Below the pieces are notes generated by a model. That model was given only the letters and a program-made list of their open reading frames with translations. It had not been told where the DNA came from and did not search any database. The position numbers and the translations under genes are program-made. Shown in pieces: positions 23,162-24,528 of a stretch of 24,528 nt of DNA; position 1 is the first letter of the stretch, and each line of letters begins with the position of its first letter. The stretch is from Alloascoidea hylecoeti (taxonomy: Eukaryota): the NCBI GenBank assembly GCA_001600815.1, contig BCKZ01000004.1:868001-892528 (forward strand), in the 5' to 3' direction.

Positions 23162-24102
23162 TTTGAAAGTTATGGCCCTCTTGCAAATTAAATATTGGCA
23201 TATATTTGTACGGGATGGCGTTTGTGTAAGTTACACCTCCATCTTGAACTCAAATCAACCCTGTGAAGATAAATTCGAAATAGCTGCAAGCCATTTTTAA
23301 TACATTAGTACAATGGACTAAATTACTGAGTCCTGAAAGGCAATTGGATATAAGATCGACTATACAGAATGGATATGCTGTATATTGATTTTTCATGCAA
23401 ATAAATATTCAACTTTAACCAGTGATCTAGATGAATCACTCTTTCTTCACTACACAAAGTCAAGATACATGCAACACCTTTGAATATAAGCCACAGGACC
23501 ATCGTTTATATTAGATCTTTTTTAAATAAAGAATCTGGATCTGATGTTATAATTCTTGAGGTTTGGGTATTTATTCCCACTTCACTCTATGCCTTCATCA
23601 TGATAATAAAGGAAAAAAGGAAAATCCATCTAGTCCATTACAATCAGTGTTACTTAGTTATTGTTTAATGCTGCTCACTTGAACCCATGTTTGAAAGTTA
23701 TGGTTTTCCTTGAGAATATTGACATATATACCGGTATCTGAATAATGATTGTATTCACTTCCACCTTAAGAGCTTATCAACCCTGTGGAGAGGAGTTGGA
23801 AATAGCTGTGAGCCATAATTAATACATTAGTACAATGGACTGAATTACTGAGTCCTGAAAGGCAATTGGATATAATGCTTCCCATACCGAATGCATATGC
23901 TGTATATTGATTTTAAATGCAAATATTTGTTCAATTGCAAACTGGATATCTAGATGAATCACTCTTTCTTCACCACACAAAGTCGAGATACATGCAACAC
24001 CTTTGAATAATCTATAAGCCACAGGGCCATCGTTTATATTAGATGTGTTCTAAATAAAGAATCTACAGCTGATGTCATAATTCTTGAAGTCTGGGTATTT
24101 AT
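23162..24102. repeat. Diverged tandem duplication, period ~522-528 bp (alignable copies 23162-23574 and 23690-24102)
   Basis: Exact shared blocks: 23162-23175=23690-23703, 23321-23353=23843-23875 (33 bp), 23425-23450=23948-23973 (26 bp), and both copies end in TGGGTATTTAT. Weaker similarity between ~23070-23160 and ~23580-23689. Confidence 0.93.
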
Positions 24103-24177
24103 AGGTAGCCATTTCCTGGATTATTAGTCGATATCAGCTCTTGAATACATTCGCTATAGCTAGATTTGAAAACTAGG

Positions 24178-24528
24178 ATGAATCTTTCGTTTTTCACTTT
24201 GATTGCCATCTCTGCTGTTGGAGTTCTTTCTCAATATAGCAATGACACCTTGCCTTCGACCGAGAGTTCTTGGACCACCTACACCACTGTTATCCCTAAA
24301 ACAACAACTAAATATACTACATATTGTCCAGAACCCACTACCTTTACTACTAATGGTCATACTTATACCGCCACAGGTGCAACTACTATAACAATTACAG
24401 ATTGTCCTTGCACATATGAGGAGACGAAAACCGTTACTTCTTCTTGTCCTATAACTACTACAGAAGATTATACTACTACTACCACTGTTCCTTGCACCAA
24501 ATCAGAATGCCAGCCAACAGAGACTACT
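24178..24528 (+). CDS. Sed1/Spi1/Ccw12-like Ser/Thr-rich cell-wall glycoprotein, 3'-truncated
   Basis: ATG at 24178 opens a frame to the window end. Signal peptide MNLSFFTLIAISAVGVLS|QYSNDT, then YTTYCPEPTTFTTNGHTYTATGATTITITDCPCT, the Sed1-type Cys motif. Not in the supplied ORF track. Confidence 0.88.
   Translation, partial: MNLSFFTLIAISAVGVLSQYSNDTLPSTESSWTTYTTVIPKTTTKYTTYCPEPTTFTTNGHTYTATGATTITITDCPCTYEETKTVTSSCPITTTEDYTTTTTVPCTKSECQPTETT

Noticed and set aside
23819..24022. Retrotransposon integrase relic in the tandem repeat (GEERVIHL)
   Set aside because: Only superficial likeness to the GQ.ER motif. No DDE context or other pol motifs.
24160..24391. ORF-track entries 24160-24360 (-) and 24203-24391 (+)
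   Set aside because: Alternate frames of the real Sed1-like CDS starting at 24178.

Overview
Eukaryotic, AT-rich budding-yeast (Saccharomycotina-like) chromosomal window using the standard genetic code (CTG occurs at conserved Leu positions). Seven genes are present: the 3' end of UTP22 (+), TRA1 (-, 3 exons, ~3760 aa), RPS18 (-, 1 intron), glycogenin (+, 1 intron), a Gln-rich tandem Myb/SANT-like regulator resembling Candida AAF1/ADF1 (-), a 4-exon DUF1746 Dsc4/Vld1/Gld1-family gene (-) largely missed by the ORF track and apparently containing a GC-AG intron, and the 5' end of a Sed1-like cell-wall protein (+) absent from the ORF track. The intergenic DNA holds the most unusual structure: a ~425-bp imperfect foldback with repeated TTCGNCCAC-like motifs between convergent UTP22/TRA1, a second degenerate foldback sharing a motif with it in the other convergent gap, a ~500-bp segment bounded by perfect 18-bp inverted repeats between RPS18 and glycogenin, and a ~525-bp diverged tandem duplication directly upstream of the Sed1-like gene. 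No clearly new multi-gene system is evident; the best novelty candidate is an unannotated foldback/MITE or hairpin-RNA family. Family assignments come from recalled motifs, not database searches.
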